DNA from: an uncultured Planctomycetaceae bacterium
GTDB taxonomy: Bacteria > Planctomycetota > Phycisphaerae > Sedimentisphaerales > UBA12454
Length of the DNA: 64,000 nucleotides
Assembly: GCA_964449435.1 (NCBI GenBank)
Contig: CAYUYR010000007.1
Coordinates: 11,504-75,503 of the forward strand
Direction of reading: 5' to 3'
The notes under the pieces are model-generated. The model was not told the origin of the DNA, made no database searches, and was given only the letters and a program-made list of their open reading frames with translations. The translations under genes were made by a program, and so were the position numbers. This document shows, one piece after another, positions 1 to 10,474 of this stretch (position 1 is the first letter of the stretch; the number at the start of each line of letters is the position of its first letter).

Positions 1-1120
1 TTCCTGCCCGTTCGTAAAACGACGCTATTCTTGCGCCGAGATACGCGGGATAACCTTCCTCAGCGGGCATTTCTTCGAGCCTTGTCGAAATTTCTCTCAT
101 CGCTTCGGCCCATCTGCTCGTCGAGTCGGCCATCAGCGCGACGGCATAACCCATATCGCGGAAATATTCGGCGATTGTAATGCCTGTATAAACCGAAGCC
201 TCTCTTGCGGCAACGGGCATATCGGAAGTATTGGCGATAAGAACCGAACGTTTCATCAGCGGCTGGCCGCTTCGCGGGTCTTTCAATTCCGGAAATTCCC
301 TCAGTACGTCCGTCATCTCGTTTCCTCGCTCGCCGCAGCCGACATAAACAACCACATCGGCATCGACCCATTTTGCGAGCTGATGCTGAACGACGGTTTT
401 TCCCGAGCCGAAAGGTCCCGGCACACAAGCCGTTCCGCCTCGACCTATCGGGAAAAATGTATCCACGACGCGCTGGCCTGTCTGCAGAATAGAATTGGGA
501 GCAAGTCTTTGCTTTACCGTTCTGCCCATACGAACTGGCCATTTCTGGAACATTTTGATTTCGGTTTTTTGTCCGTTATCGGCGGTAACTGCCGCGATTG
601 GCTGCTCGACGGTAAAATCACCCTCGTTAAGGCCATCGATTTTTCCGTTTATGCCCGGCGGGATCATAATTTTGTGCAGTAGAATCGGCGTTTCCTGAAC
701 TTCGGCGATTATATCTCCGCCGCTGACTTGTGTTCCGTTTCCGATAACAGGTTTGAAGTGCCATCTCTTTTCTCTGTTAAGACCCGGAATGCTGCTGCCG
801 CGGAGAATGTGGTCTCCCTGTGCCTTGTAAAGCTCATCGAGCGGCCTTTGAATGCCGTCATAAATACTTTCTATAAGTCCGGGGCCGAGCTCGACGCTAA
901 GCGGAGCGCCGGTATCGACAACAGGTTCGCCGACTCCGACGCTGATAGTATCTTCGTAAACCTGTATATTTGCCGTATCGCCCTTAAGCTCGACGATTTC
1001 GCCGATAAGGTTGTATTTGCTGACCCGAACGACATCGTACATTCTCGAACCGAGCATACCTGCTGCCGTTACGACCGGCCCGGCAACTTTTACTATCGTA
1101 CCTGCTTTTGTTTCTGACAT
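1..1120 (-). CDS. ntpA: V-type ATP synthase catalytic subunit A, N-terminal ~373 codons (3' end beyond window start)
   Basis: Minus-strand ORF with no in-window stop, so it is absent from the ORF track. My translation from ATG 1120-1118 reads [22 protein letters not shown]...[38 protein letters not shown] (Walker A)...[15 protein letters not shown]. Follows subunit F as in ntp operons. Confidence 0.9.
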   Translation of the reverse strand, partial: MSETKAGTIVKVAGPVVTAAGMLGSRMYDVVRVSKYNLIGEIVELKGDTANIQVYEDTISVGVGEPVVDTGAPLSVELGPGLIESIYDGIQRPLDELYKAQGDHILRGSSIPGLNREKRWHFKPVIGNGTQVSGGDIIAEVQETPILLHKIMIPPGINGKIDGLNEGDFTVEQPIAAVTADNGQKTEIKMFQKWPVRMGRTVKQRLAPNSILQTGQRVVDTFFPIGRGGTACVPGPFGSGKTVVQHQLAKWVDADVVVYVGCGERGNEMTDVLREFPELKDPRSGQPLMKRSVLIANTSDMPVAAREASVYTGITIAEYFRDMGYAVALMADSTSRWAEAMREISTRLEEMPAEEGYPAYLGARIASFYERAG

Positions 1121-1141
1121 AGCGTATCCTGTATAAATATT

Positions 1142-1465
1142 TTAGTTATTTTGTAATATATTTATTCCGGTAGCGATTTTCAGGAGTTTCGACAAACTCT
1201 TAATCGCAAAGCCTTTCGATTCCGTTGTGAAAGGTACGACAAGCACGCAGGGCACAGGTTTTGTTTCGAATCTGCCGAAGATTTCGTGAGCGGTCTGCGC
1301 CATATTTTCCGAGACAACGACGAGAACATACTTTTCATTGACGATTTTTTGGGCCGTTTGGACGATATGATCAGCACTGTCTTCGACGGCGAAACAATCA
1401 ACGCCGAGAGCCGAATAAGGCATTACAAAATCATCACTGCCGAGTATAGCTACTTTTCCCTGCAT
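1142..1465 (-). CDS. ntpG: V-type ATP synthase subunit F
   Basis: 107 aa, MQGKVAILGSDDFVMPYSALGVD...YVLVVVSE, typical small F subunit. Lies between C and A. Confidence 0.8.
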   Translation of the reverse strand: MQGKVAILGSDDFVMPYSALGVDCFAVEDSADHIVQTAQKIVNEKYVLVVVSENMAQTAHEIFGRFETKPVPCVLVVPFTTESKGFAIKSLSKLLKIATGINILQNN

Positions 1466-1473
1466 AAGATTCC

Positions 1474-2517
1474 CTAACCGACCACAATTCTGTCGTTAAT
1501 AACTTTAGGCTCGAGCTGCGCCTTTTTGCAGGCAAGAACCGTTCTTATCATTCTAATTTCGTGCTCTTTTCTCAAAAGATAAGCGACGATAGGCTGATGG
1601 CCCGCGGTAATCTGGTCTGCGCTTTTGAGATAACCGAGCAAATGCCGTTCAGCCGCCGCTTCGAGCTTTAAAAATGAATTATTGCTTTGCATATAAGCTG
1701 CGCCGGCTTCTAAAATATGATAATAAGGCGTAGCCGCAAAGGTCTGAGCAAGACCGTCATAGCCGATATCAAGCATCTGGTCGAGCCTTGCAGGGTCTAT
1801 ATATCCGCCGGCAAGAAAAATATTGCCGTCCGGCATTTCGGTGTATTTCAGCCTCATCATTGTGCGGATATTGTTGAGGTCGATATACATTTTCATAAGC
1901 TCGACGAGAAAAACACTGCCCGCCTGCGAGGCGTTTTCGAGCTGAAATTCCGCCTCGACCTTGTCGATGGCTATGTCGATATCCCTGACATTTTTATTTT
2001 TATAATAGCCGAGCACGCCGGCCTCGACCGCTTCCTGCAAATATGCCGGCAGGGCAGTATAATCTTCCTGCTCGAAAACAATCTCGAACTGGTCAACAGG
2101 TATATTTCCCATATCGCAGTAATCCGTCGGACTTCCGAGCGGCTTTTCGAGGACAAGTCTGCGTATTGCAAGTCTCATATTTGCGAAATCCGACCTTGCT
2201 TGCAGCAATTCGATAATTTTCTCGTCAAGGAGCAGTTGATATACTAATTTTTTCGCCTCCCTGCGTCTGTCGCAGAGCAGTTTTTCGATTTCCTCGTTCA
2301 ATGCGGATGCGGATAAGACGTAATCTGTTCCTCCGAGAAGCTCGGCGGTCTCTTTGAAACTGTCGCTGTTGGCCAGTTCGGCGAAAAAGGCTGAGTCGAA
2401 GAGCCTTTCCGACAGGGTTTTTATCTGAGCTGTCGCAAAAGTATATTGCCAGTCTTCTTCGCCAAGCGGCGGGTAGAAGCTGAAATGCAGAATATTTTGT
2501 TGTTGAACAGCGTTCAT
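1474..2517 (-). CDS. ntpC: V-type ATP synthase subunit C (eukaryotic d-like)
   Basis: 347-aa helical protein positioned between E and F in a V-ATPase operon. Size and position fit subunit C. Confidence 0.75.
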   Translation of the reverse strand: MNAVQQQNILHFSFYPPLGEEDWQYTFATAQIKTLSERLFDSAFFAELANSDSFKETAELLGGTDYVLSASALNEEIEKLLCDRRREAKKLVYQLLLDEKIIELLQARSDFANMRLAIRRLVLEKPLGSPTDYCDMGNIPVDQFEIVFEQEDYTALPAYLQEAVEAGVLGYYKNKNVRDIDIAIDKVEAEFQLENASQAGSVFLVELMKMYIDLNNIRTMMRLKYTEMPDGNIFLAGGYIDPARLDQMLDIGYDGLAQTFAATPYYHILEAGAAYMQSNNSFLKLEAAAERHLLGYLKSADQITAGHQPIVAYLLRKEHEIRMIRTVLACKKAQLEPKVINDRIVVG

Positions 2518-2529
2518 TTTATTTTTGTT

Positions 2530-3126
2530 TTATCCTTTTCCGAATAATTCAGAGGCCAGTTCGGTCTGAAGGTTTTCTCTTGCCGCTTCGAGAAGGACCT
2601 TCAGGCTGCCGTTTACCCTTGTCCTGCCTTTTTGCAGGATAAAACCTGCGCCGATGTCAGCTCTTGAATCGGAAAGTTTGAGATTTCCCTTAGAGCTTTG
2701 GGCGAGCTTGGCGTTTAACCGTTCGACAAAAGCGGCATCGATTCTTTTTTCGTTTTTGTCTATGACGATTTCCTCATCGCCGGTATTTACCGACGCGATG
2801 AGCAGCTTTTCCATAAGCTGCTGATAGTTCTTGGCGTCCATATTTTTGATTTTTTCCGCCGCCGCCGCGAAGGTCTGTTCGAGTATATCGTTTCTTGCCT
2901 GCAGCGATTTTTTGGCAATTTCCATTCTGGCCTGAGCGAGGACCTGAGCCTTGACTTCTTCGGCGGCCTTGGCTGCAAGCTGTGCAGTCTGCTCGTCGAA
3001 GCTGTCAAGCTCGCTCTGGAGTTTTTGTCTTTCGCCCGCGGCCTTTTCGTCAGCCTGTTTTTTTATCTTGTCCGCCTGGGCCTGTGCTTCGGTCAGAATC
3101 TTTTCTGTAACTTCATTGGCACTCAT
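2530..3126 (-). CDS. ntpE: V-type ATP synthase subunit E (peripheral stalk)
   Basis: 198 aa. Long Lys/Glu/Ala/Gln-rich N-terminal helix (ILTEAQAQADKIKKQADEKAAGERQKL) plus a globular C-terminus. Position K-E-C. Confidence 0.8.
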   Translation of the reverse strand: MSANEVTEKILTEAQAQADKIKKQADEKAAGERQKLQSELDSFDEQTAQLAAKAAEEVKAQVLAQARMEIAKKSLQARNDILEQTFAAAAEKIKNMDAKNYQQLMEKLLIASVNTGDEEIVIDKNEKRIDAAFVERLNAKLAQSSKGNLKLSDSRADIGAGFILQKGRTRVNGSLKVLLEAARENLQTELASELFGKG

Positions 3127-3155
3127 AATATTTCACCAAAAAACGTATTTATATT

Positions 3156-3692
<537 letters not shown>

Positions 3693-3700
3693 CTATTTTT

Positions 3701-5680
3701 CTACTTTTTTTCATTTTTAATATAGACATATTTATATTTATTACTCAAAGGCTCGAAGTCCCTGCCTCCGCCGACGAGAAATTTCGGGAAGAACTCGACA
3801 AACTGAAGCCTTATCGTATGCACAAAAGCGCTGAGACCCGATATTGCCGTGTTAAAAGTATGACCGACGACAAGAACGATTATCGCTAAAATTACACCTA
3901 TATAAGGCACATCACTGGCGGTCTGTGCCATAACATTGATAGCCATCGCAAGGCCGCCTGTTACCATACCCAGAGCCATAAGTCTCAGATAGCTGAGCAC
4001 ATCGCCCATAAAAAATATCGTACTGAATAAATTATACGCGCCCATACCTAATCTTGCTCCCCATCCGCCTTGCCTGTGGCTGAACAGGAAAATCGCCGCC
4101 GCCGGCACTAACGCGATTTTGCCGAACATAGATGATGTCTGCTCGCTTAACCCGATTTTGCCGCCGAACAGCAGAATGACAATCGAATTGAGCATAACGA
4201 GCCATGTAAGGTTATCGCAAATTGCCGCGATGTATTCCTTTTTCATAAGGTTATTTACCAATGCCGTTACCATTCCAGTCATAATTTGCAGATATCCCAG
4301 TCCGATTGCCAGAACGAAAAACGTCATAGGTTTTTCGAGCGGGTCGAACCACATCATCGCGTTTCTTGCTTTTTCGAGTCCTGTCCATCCGAAGGTTCTC
4401 GAAAGCTGCTGAGCGGCGTCGCCGAACCAGCCGCCTGTCATCGCACCGGCGCCGAGCGTCAAAACCGAACATACGAGCAGAAGCCACACAAGTTTTTTGT
4501 CGCCCTGCATCTTGCGGATAAGATAAATCGAAAACGCGATAATCATCAGGCCGTATCCGGCGTCCGTCAGACAGAGTGCGAAAAATATCGCGAAAAACGG
4601 GGCAAGCAGGGCGGTCGGGTCAATCTCGAAATACTGCGGCATACCGTAAAGCCTCGTAATTACCTCGAACGGCCTTAATGACGTTGCGTTTTCTATTTCG
4701 ACAGGTATCTGTTCGTCCTGTGCCGGCTCGATAAGATTAAGGCTCGTCCCTTCGAATTTTTCGAGGATATTTCGGAGCTTTTTCAGGTCGTGCTTTTTTA
4801 TCCAGCCTTCGAGTATGACAGTCTGTTCGCTTTCCGGAACGGCAAGTCTGGTCTGCTCGCGGCCGAGAAGATTTCTGTAATAGTCCGCAAGGATTTGAAG
4901 CTCGGTGCGGTTTTCGCTTAACTGCTTTGCCTGTTCTTCGAGAGAAGCGATTTGTGTGCGTGTATCGTCGAGCTGTTTTTTGGCGTCTTCGAGCAGCTCG
5001 GCGGGCGTGCCTTTAAATTGCGATAAATTTACCGCCTCGAACTCTATGCTTCGCAGCGTCTTGGAGACATCGGATACGTTTTCCTTAAGGGCGATAACAA
5101 CGCAGGCGGCAAGAGCGTCTTTGGAGCCGACCTTTGCGAAATTGGCCTTAAACTCCTTTATCTTTTCCGGCAGGGCGGCGACGTTTTTCTCGGGGATAAG
5201 CCCCAAAATCACGGCGCCTTTTTCGAACTTCTCCAAATCGGCAAGGTCCGAGTTGAGTTTTGCCCACGGCGAAAGTATGTCTAACTGGCTCAAAAGGTGT
5301 TCCTGCCGGTCGCGGAGTTTGTGCAGTTGGCCGGAAAATTCGACGCATTTTTCAAGAATCTGCGTTGCCCTATCGGTGCTGATTATCTCGGCGTATTGTT
5401 TGCCGCTTATTACCGCACGGGGAGCAATGGCCTGCGCTATGCCCTGTTTCGGGGCGTATTGGTTAAGAAATTCCACCGCCGAATCGATTTTTGAGCTTAA
5501 ATCCTCTATTTTTTTAGGGCGTTCGACTTCGGTATGAAGCTCAGGCCATTCCTTGCTGACAAAGGCTCGCTGGGCATCGTAAATCTGCACAATGCCGGAA
5601 TCCTGAAGCGATTCGAGAACCTCCGCCGCTTCGGTGTGATGGCTTGCGATGAGAATTTTTTGCATCCGTGCTATCGACAT
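3701..5680 (-). CDS. ntpI: V-type ATP synthase subunit I (stator a-like)
   Basis: 659 aa. Soluble coiled-coil N-terminal half and multi-pass membrane C-terminal half with LSYLRLMALGMV (conserved stator Arg motif). Confidence 0.85.
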   Translation of the reverse strand: MSIARMQKILIASHHTEAAEVLESLQDSGIVQIYDAQRAFVSKEWPELHTEVERPKKIEDLSSKIDSAVEFLNQYAPKQGIAQAIAPRAVISGKQYAEIISTDRATQILEKCVEFSGQLHKLRDRQEHLLSQLDILSPWAKLNSDLADLEKFEKGAVILGLIPEKNVAALPEKIKEFKANFAKVGSKDALAACVVIALKENVSDVSKTLRSIEFEAVNLSQFKGTPAELLEDAKKQLDDTRTQIASLEEQAKQLSENRTELQILADYYRNLLGREQTRLAVPESEQTVILEGWIKKHDLKKLRNILEKFEGTSLNLIEPAQDEQIPVEIENATSLRPFEVITRLYGMPQYFEIDPTALLAPFFAIFFALCLTDAGYGLMIIAFSIYLIRKMQGDKKLVWLLLVCSVLTLGAGAMTGGWFGDAAQQLSRTFGWTGLEKARNAMMWFDPLEKPMTFFVLAIGLGYLQIMTGMVTALVNNLMKKEYIAAICDNLTWLVMLNSIVILLFGGKIGLSEQTSSMFGKIALVPAAAIFLFSHRQGGWGARLGMGAYNLFSTIFFMGDVLSYLRLMALGMVTGGLAMAINVMAQTASDVPYIGVILAIIVLVVGHTFNTAISGLSAFVHTIRLQFVEFFPKFLVGGGRDFEPLSNKYKYVYIKNEKK

Positions 5681-5699
5681 TGTTTATCCGGCATAAAAT

Positions 5700-6026
5700 T
5701 TATTGTTTTTTCTCTGTAAGATTGTTGTGCAGAAAATCGATGATTTTATTTGCCGCCGTGTCTTTATGATGCTCTGCATCGGCGATTATTTTCTGCTGCT
5801 GCTGAGAGGCATTTTGCATTAGTTCTTCGGCCTGCCGCTGACCTTCGGCTCGGCCCTGCTGTCTCGATTGCTCAATCGTTTCTTTTCTCTGGCGGCCTGC
5901 CTGTTCGAGCCGAACGCTCCGGTCTTTTTTTATCTGCTCTTCGGTCTGGGCGGCTTGTTTCTGGGCGTCTTCGAGCAGTTGTTTGGCCTTGCTTTCAGCT
6001 TCTTTGATTTGTTTTATCAGTTCCAT
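5700..6026 (-). CDS. ntpF: V-type ATPase small stalk subunit (G/H-like, NtpF position)
   Basis: 108 aa, a single charged coiled coil (IKEAESKAKQLLEDAQKQAAQTEEQIKK). First gene of the operon, as ntpF is in E. hirae. Confidence 0.55.
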   Translation of the reverse strand: MELIKQIKEAESKAKQLLEDAQKQAAQTEEQIKKDRSVRLEQAGRQRKETIEQSRQQGRAEGQRQAEELMQNASQQQQKIIADAEHHKDTAANKIIDFLHNNLTEKKQ

Positions 6027-6394
6027 TTTAATCCCGAATTCCGATTTGAATTATTTTTTACCGCTTTACCCAATTATAGGCACTGAAATATAGATTTCCA
6101 GAGTTATACGTTCAGTGCTGTTCTTATAGCAAGTATATTGTCATTTTTTTTCCGCCGTATGCAGGCGACGGATATGTGCCGCCCGATAAATCGGTCTTTT
6201 TCAGCCTGTAATTGCCAATATATATGTTTTCGACTTAAAAACGCATAACCTTTACTTATCAGTGCAGATTTCCGCTTTTTATTAGAAATTGTCTGATTTT
6301 GAGTGTTTGTGCCTTAAAATAGGTAATCTGTGGGGGAAACGACTCCTGACACCGTATTTTGGCGAGTGTGCAGTTTTACCACAACGGCGGATGA

Positions 6395-6757
6395 TTAGCC
6401 GGCAATGGCCTTCCAGCTTTGATTCAGTTCCTCTAACAGCTTGATTACTTCTTCGAGCTTGGCCGGTTCATTTTTTAGATTGGCCTCGTGAAGCTGGCGA
6501 ATCATAAATGTATATAATGCGCGGAGATTAGTGGCGATTTGGCCGCCGGCTTCCATATCCAGAACGGTGCTCAATTCGTTTATTATATCCTCGGCTTTGT
6601 TCAGGTATTTGCTCTTTACCTCGTGGTTGCCGGCCTGCATTTCAGAGATTGCCTGTTTTAGGAATTTTATTGCACCGTCATAAAGCATAACAATAATGCG
6701 GCCATGACTTTGCGTTGTGATTGTGTTTTCCTGATATGTTTCAATGCCCTTGTTCAT
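6395..6757 (-). CDS. fliS: flagellar export chaperone FliS
   Basis: 120 aa, ...IVMLYDGAIKFLKQA...KAEDIINELSTVLDMEAGGQIATNLRALYTFMIRQL, classic FliS four-helix pattern. Immediately downstream of flagellin. Confidence 0.9.
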   Translation of the reverse strand: MNKGIETYQENTITTQSHGRIIVMLYDGAIKFLKQAISEMQAGNHEVKSKYLNKAEDIINELSTVLDMEAGGQIATNLRALYTFMIRQLHEANLKNEPAKLEEVIKLLEELNQSWKAIAG

Positions 6758-6812
6758 TATATAGCACTCCGTTCTGCTAATTTGGATACGTTATTATTGC
6801 AATTTTAATTAT

Positions 6813-6839
6813 GGGGGACGGCTTTTGCTGCCGTCCCCC
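6813..6839 (-). terminator. rho-independent terminator after flagellin
   Basis: GGGGGACGGC-ttttgct-GCCGTCCCCC, a perfect 10-bp GC-rich stem 23 nt past the fliC stop. Followed on the minus strand by A/T-rich ATAATTAAAATTG. Confidence 0.75.
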
Positions 6840-6861
6840 TGAATCGTTCAAATGTGGGTAA

Positions 6862-8061
6862 TTATCTAAGCAGTGTAAGTGCCATCTGCGGCATCGCATT
6901 GGCCTGAGCCAACATAGCGATACCTGCCTGAGCCAGCACTTGAGTTCTTGTCAGAGTAGCCATTTCTGTCGCAACGTCAACGTCAGATATACGGCTTTCT
7001 GCAGACATCAGGTTTTCCGCCTGAATATCGAGAATCGTTATCGTGCTTTCGAGACGGTTCATTTTATAACCGAATGCCGCACGTGCGGTATCCTTTGCGT
7101 TAATGGCATCTGTTACCGCAGTCAATGCTGCAGAAGCGCCGCTGCCATCGCCGCCGATAGTTATTGCACCGCCGGCCGAACCATTGGTGTTTGTAAAGTC
7201 AGCCGCTAACATACTGGCTGTGTTATTTGCATCGTCGAAAGTAGTGGTGACATCTCCAGCCGCGTTATGTACAATCTTAAGGTTCCATTGGCCGCTGCTT
7301 GCGGTATATTCCGCAGAAGCTGCATTGTAGCCTGCCGCAGCCTGTGAAGCGACGTTAATGGCTGTTACAACCTCGTTCAAGGTGTAGTCCGTACCATTGG
7401 CGAATGCGGCAGTTTCAATGTCAACTTCACCGGCATTGCCGGCGTCAAACGTAATTTGGAACGTTTTGGCGTCACCTGTCAAGAAAACGTTGTCAGCCGA
7501 AGCAAAACCGGCTGTGCTTACCACTTGTTCGATATCGCCGCCGCCGGTATCGAGACCGAGGCCTGCTTTGGTCATATCGACCTTATCGATATCAATCGTT
7601 GTGGTCGTGCCGACGTGAATAGAAACCGAACCGCCGCCTACTGTATCGTCCAGCATCGTTATGCCGTTGAACGCGGTAGAACCTGCGATACGGTCGATTT
7701 CAGCGGCCATTTCTGCAAATTCAGCCTGCATAATATCACGCTGACCTGAAGAATATGAACCCGTTGCCGCCTGTTCGGCCAGTTCCTTCATTCTGATAAG
7801 GTTCTCATCGATAATCGCCATCGCACCTTCCATTGTTTGCAGCATACTGATGCCGTCCTGGCCGTTACGTGCACCTTGCTGCAGCACAGCAATATCTGCC
7901 CGAACTAATTCTCGAACAGCCAAACCTGCCGCATCGTCCTTCGCACTGTTAATACGGAGGCCGGATGCGAGTCTTTCGACACTCTTGGACAAGCTGTCAT
8001 AAGCTTTTCCCAAGTGTCTGGCAGCATTACCCGCCATGATGTTGTTCTTAATCGCTAACAT
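6862..8061 (-). CDS. fliC: flagellin
   Basis: 399 aa. N-terminal LSKSVERLASGLRINSAKDDAAGLAVRE and C-terminal TEMATLTRTQVLAQAGIAMLAQANAMPQMALTLLR are the flagellin D0/D1 signatures. Thr/Ser/Ala/Gly-rich variable centre. Confidence 0.95.
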   Translation of the reverse strand: MLAIKNNIMAGNAARHLGKAYDSLSKSVERLASGLRINSAKDDAAGLAVRELVRADIAVLQQGARNGQDGISMLQTMEGAMAIIDENLIRMKELAEQAATGSYSSGQRDIMQAEFAEMAAEIDRIAGSTAFNGITMLDDTVGGGSVSIHVGTTTTIDIDKVDMTKAGLGLDTGGGDIEQVVSTAGFASADNVFLTGDAKTFQITFDAGNAGEVDIETAAFANGTDYTLNEVVTAINVASQAAAGYNAASAEYTASSGQWNLKIVHNAAGDVTTTFDDANNTASMLAADFTNTNGSAGGAITIGGDGSGASAALTAVTDAINAKDTARAAFGYKMNRLESTITILDIQAENLMSAESRISDVDVATEMATLTRTQVLAQAGIAMLAQANAMPQMALTLLR

Positions 8062-8172
8062 GGTTTTGACTCCTTAAAAAATAAACGTTCACTTTTTCAA
8101 TTCCTTTATGATTTTGTTCTCACCTTAATGCGCAACGAGCACATCGAAGTGTAAATTTCCTTTCAATCTGAA

Positions 8173-8198
8173 TTTTCGATTCGGATTGAAAAAACTTA
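8173..8198 (-). promoter_or_regulatory. candidate sigma28 (FliA) promoter for fliC
   Basis: Minus-strand reading TAAGTTTT-N10-ATCGAAAA, ~110 nt upstream of the fliC ATG. Resembles the fliD and flgM copies, but the spacer is one nt shorter. Confidence 0.4.
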
Positions 8199-8499
8199 AG
8201 GGGACTTTTATATCTGAAGAAACAATGTAAATATCTGTCCGTAAAATCACTTTTATCAATACTGATAAACGCATATTTGCGGCTGCATCCGGCAAAAAAT
8301 TCGATGAGAAATTTTGAGGTCTTTTAATATCGCTCCCAGCCATACTGATAACGGCCTGTCGGCAGGCGGAAGTGACGAAAAAATTTTCAAAAAGTCAGAA
8401 AAAAATCAAATTACGGATATGCAGTGTCCTGAAAAATTGCCCATTATTGGGGATTTTCTTGAAAATTAAACTTTGAAAGGCGTTCAAGAGGTTTATACA

Positions 8500-10413
8500 A
8501 TGCGGCAAACAGCTAAAAGCCAAACACTTATAACTGATAAATGGAGATTTGCATTGCCGCCGATGGATGGTATAAACAGCGAAATTGCCAAGGCCATTGA
8601 CCTTGCCTTTTTGAGCTATAAAAACGCGGATATTTCAAAGGCGCAGGAACTTTGCCAACAGGTTCTCCGAAAAGCTCCCGAACAAGTCGATGCCCTGCAT
8701 CTGCTCGGTATGATTCTCAGCGGACAGGGACGATACACCGAAGCGGCGGAACTGCTCCGTAGGGCTATCGAGCAAAAACCGGAACATTCCCAGCTTCATA
8801 ACAACCTCGGAATGATACTGTATCAGATGGAAATTAACGATGAGGCTGTCGGGGAATTTCAAAAGGCAATCGAGCTTAAGCCTGATTTTGCAAAGGCTTA
8901 TAACAATCTCGGCGTTGCGTTAATGAAACTCGGCCGGTTGAATGAGGCCGCCGATGCCTGTACAAAAGCGATACATCTGCAAAGCGATTTCAAGCAGGCA
9001 TACAATAATCTCGGCCTGATACGGAAAAAACAGGGAAAATTAACCGAAGCGGAAACGGCTTACGCCAAAGCGATGGCTCTTGACCCTCAATACGCCGAAG
9101 CCTTGAGCAATTTCGGTATGACCCTTATCGCTCAAGGTAAATTCGAGCAGGCAGGCGAAAATCTGCAAAAAGCGGTCGATTTGTCGCCGAGTTGTGCTGA
9201 ATTTCATAACAATCTCGGAGTTTTATTCAATCGGCAAGGCCGTTTTGAAGAGGCAATCGCTGCCAGCCGAAAAGCGATAACCATATCCGCTGATTATATA
9301 GGGGCTTATAACAATCTTGGCACGGCGTTGATGGAGCTTGGCAGATTCGATGAAGCTGCCGCTGCCTTTGAAAAGGCGATTTCTATTGAGCCGCAGCAAG
9401 CCGAGCCGCATTTCAACCGTTCACTTATTTTACTGCTCACAGGCCGGTTCGAGCAAGGCTGGGAAGAATACGAATGGCGATGGAAAAATAGCGGTTTTTC
9501 AACGCCAATTAGACCTTTTACTCAAAAACGATGGGATGGCTCGGCCCCCGCGTTTTCTTGCGTGCCTCTGCGATTCTCATCGCAAGATGAGGCAGCAGGC
9601 GAAAGCAAGAGCGGGGGCGTGGTAAAATTGTTAATCTGGGCAGAACAGGGAATTGGCGACGAAGTCCAGTTTTCAGGGCTTATTCAGCATATAACTGCTA
9701 AGGGAATTGACGTTATTATCGAATGCGACAAGCGTTTGGTTCCGCTTTTGCAGAGGAGTTTTTCCGGAATTACGGTTGTCGAGCGCAGCGACCCGCCCGC
9801 AGAGGTTCTTAAAGATGAGACTATTACCCATCAGATTCCGATGTGTTCGATTCCGCAGGTATTGGGCTGGCCGATAGATATAAAACCGTATCTTTTGCCC
9901 GATGAAAACCTGCGAAATCAATTGCGGCAGCGGTATAAAAACGGCAAAGATGAATTGCTGGTTGGAATAAGTTGGAAAAGCGGCAACAGTCAGGAAGGCC
10001 CAAAAAGGTCGCTCGATTTAGAACTATGGGAGCCTATATTGAGGACTGCCGGTGTGCGTTTTGTAAGTCTTCAGTATGGCGATTGTTCGAGACAATTACA
10101 GACGGCTCGTGAAAAACTCGGCGCAGAGATTATAAAAGACGAGACGGTTAATCCTCTCAAGGACATTGAAAGTTTTGCCGCTCAAACGGCGGCGATGGAT
10201 TTGGTTATTTCGGTCGATAATTCAACGGTGCACTTTGCCGGCGCGCTCGGGGTTAAGGTTTGGACATTATTGCCGACGGTGCCGGACTGGAGATGGGGGC
10301 TTGAAAGCGAGAAAACCTGCTGGTATCCTTCGATGCGTCTGTTTCGCCAGAAAGACAGGGGAGAATGGAAGCCTGTAATTTCAAAAGTCGCTCAAGAGCT
10401 CGGCTCATTATAG
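8500..10413 (+). CDS. TPR-repeat protein with C-terminal GT-B (heptosyltransferase/GT9-like) glycosyltransferase-type domain
   Basis: About 9 TPRs in the N-terminal half (e.g. AEALSNFGMTLIAQGKFEQAGENLQKAVDLSP). C-terminal LLIWAEQGIGDEVQF...VGISWKSG...FVSLQYGD...DLVISVDNSTVHFAGALGVKVWTLLP. ATG 8500 has SD AAGAGG 8 nt upstream; the track start TTG 8473 is the alternative. Confidence 0.6.
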   Translation: MRQTAKSQTLITDKWRFALPPMDGINSEIAKAIDLAFLSYKNADISKAQELCQQVLRKAPEQVDALHLLGMILSGQGRYTEAAELLRRAIEQKPEHSQLHNNLGMILYQMEINDEAVGEFQKAIELKPDFAKAYNNLGVALMKLGRLNEAADACTKAIHLQSDFKQAYNNLGLIRKKQGKLTEAETAYAKAMALDPQYAEALSNFGMTLIAQGKFEQAGENLQKAVDLSPSCAEFHNNLGVLFNRQGRFEEAIAASRKAITISADYIGAYNNLGTALMELGRFDEAAAAFEKAISIEPQQAEPHFNRSLILLLTGRFEQGWEEYEWRWKNSGFSTPIRPFTQKRWDGSAPAFSCVPLRFSSQDEAAGESKSGGVVKLLIWAEQGIGDEVQFSGLIQHITAKGIDVIIECDKRLVPLLQRSFSGITVVERSDPPAEVLKDETITHQIPMCSIPQVLGWPIDIKPYLLPDENLRNQLRQRYKNGKDELLVGISWKSGNSQEGPKRSLDLELWEPILRTAGVRFVSLQYGDCSRQLQTAREKLGAEIIKDETVNPLKDIESFAAQTAAMDLVISVDNSTVHFAGALGVKVWTLLPTVPDWRWGLESEKTCWYPSMRLFRQKDRGEWKPVISKVAQELGSL

Positions 10414-10437
10414 CGAAAGATTGAACCGGGCTGTTTT

Positions 10438-10472
10438 CCTGCGGGTTAATTTGCGATATCAAAACCCGCAGG
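10438..10472. terminator. hairpin between convergent genes (bidirectional terminator candidate)
   Basis: CCTGCGGGTT-15 nt-AACCCGCAGG, a perfect 10-bp stem in the 61-nt gap between the stops at 10413 (+) and 10475 (-). Confidence 0.55.
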
Positions 10473-10474
10473 CT

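Noticed and set aside
60-1117. Track ORFs 60..542(-), 383..682(+), 495..698(+) and 728..1117(+).
   Set aside because: All lie inside the region that translates cleanly on the minus strand, in another frame, as V-ATPase subunit A with an intact Walker A motif. They are shadow ORFs with Arg/Cys-rich, low-complexity translations.
8125-8343. 72-aa ORF in the flagellin upstream region, plus GGA-containing motifs (AAAGGAAT, AAGGAG) in the fliC leader that could be CsrA sites.
   Set aside because: The ORF has no SD and overlaps the candidate fliC promoter and leader. No csrA or fliW gene is present in the window, and two GGA triplets near an SD are expected by chance.
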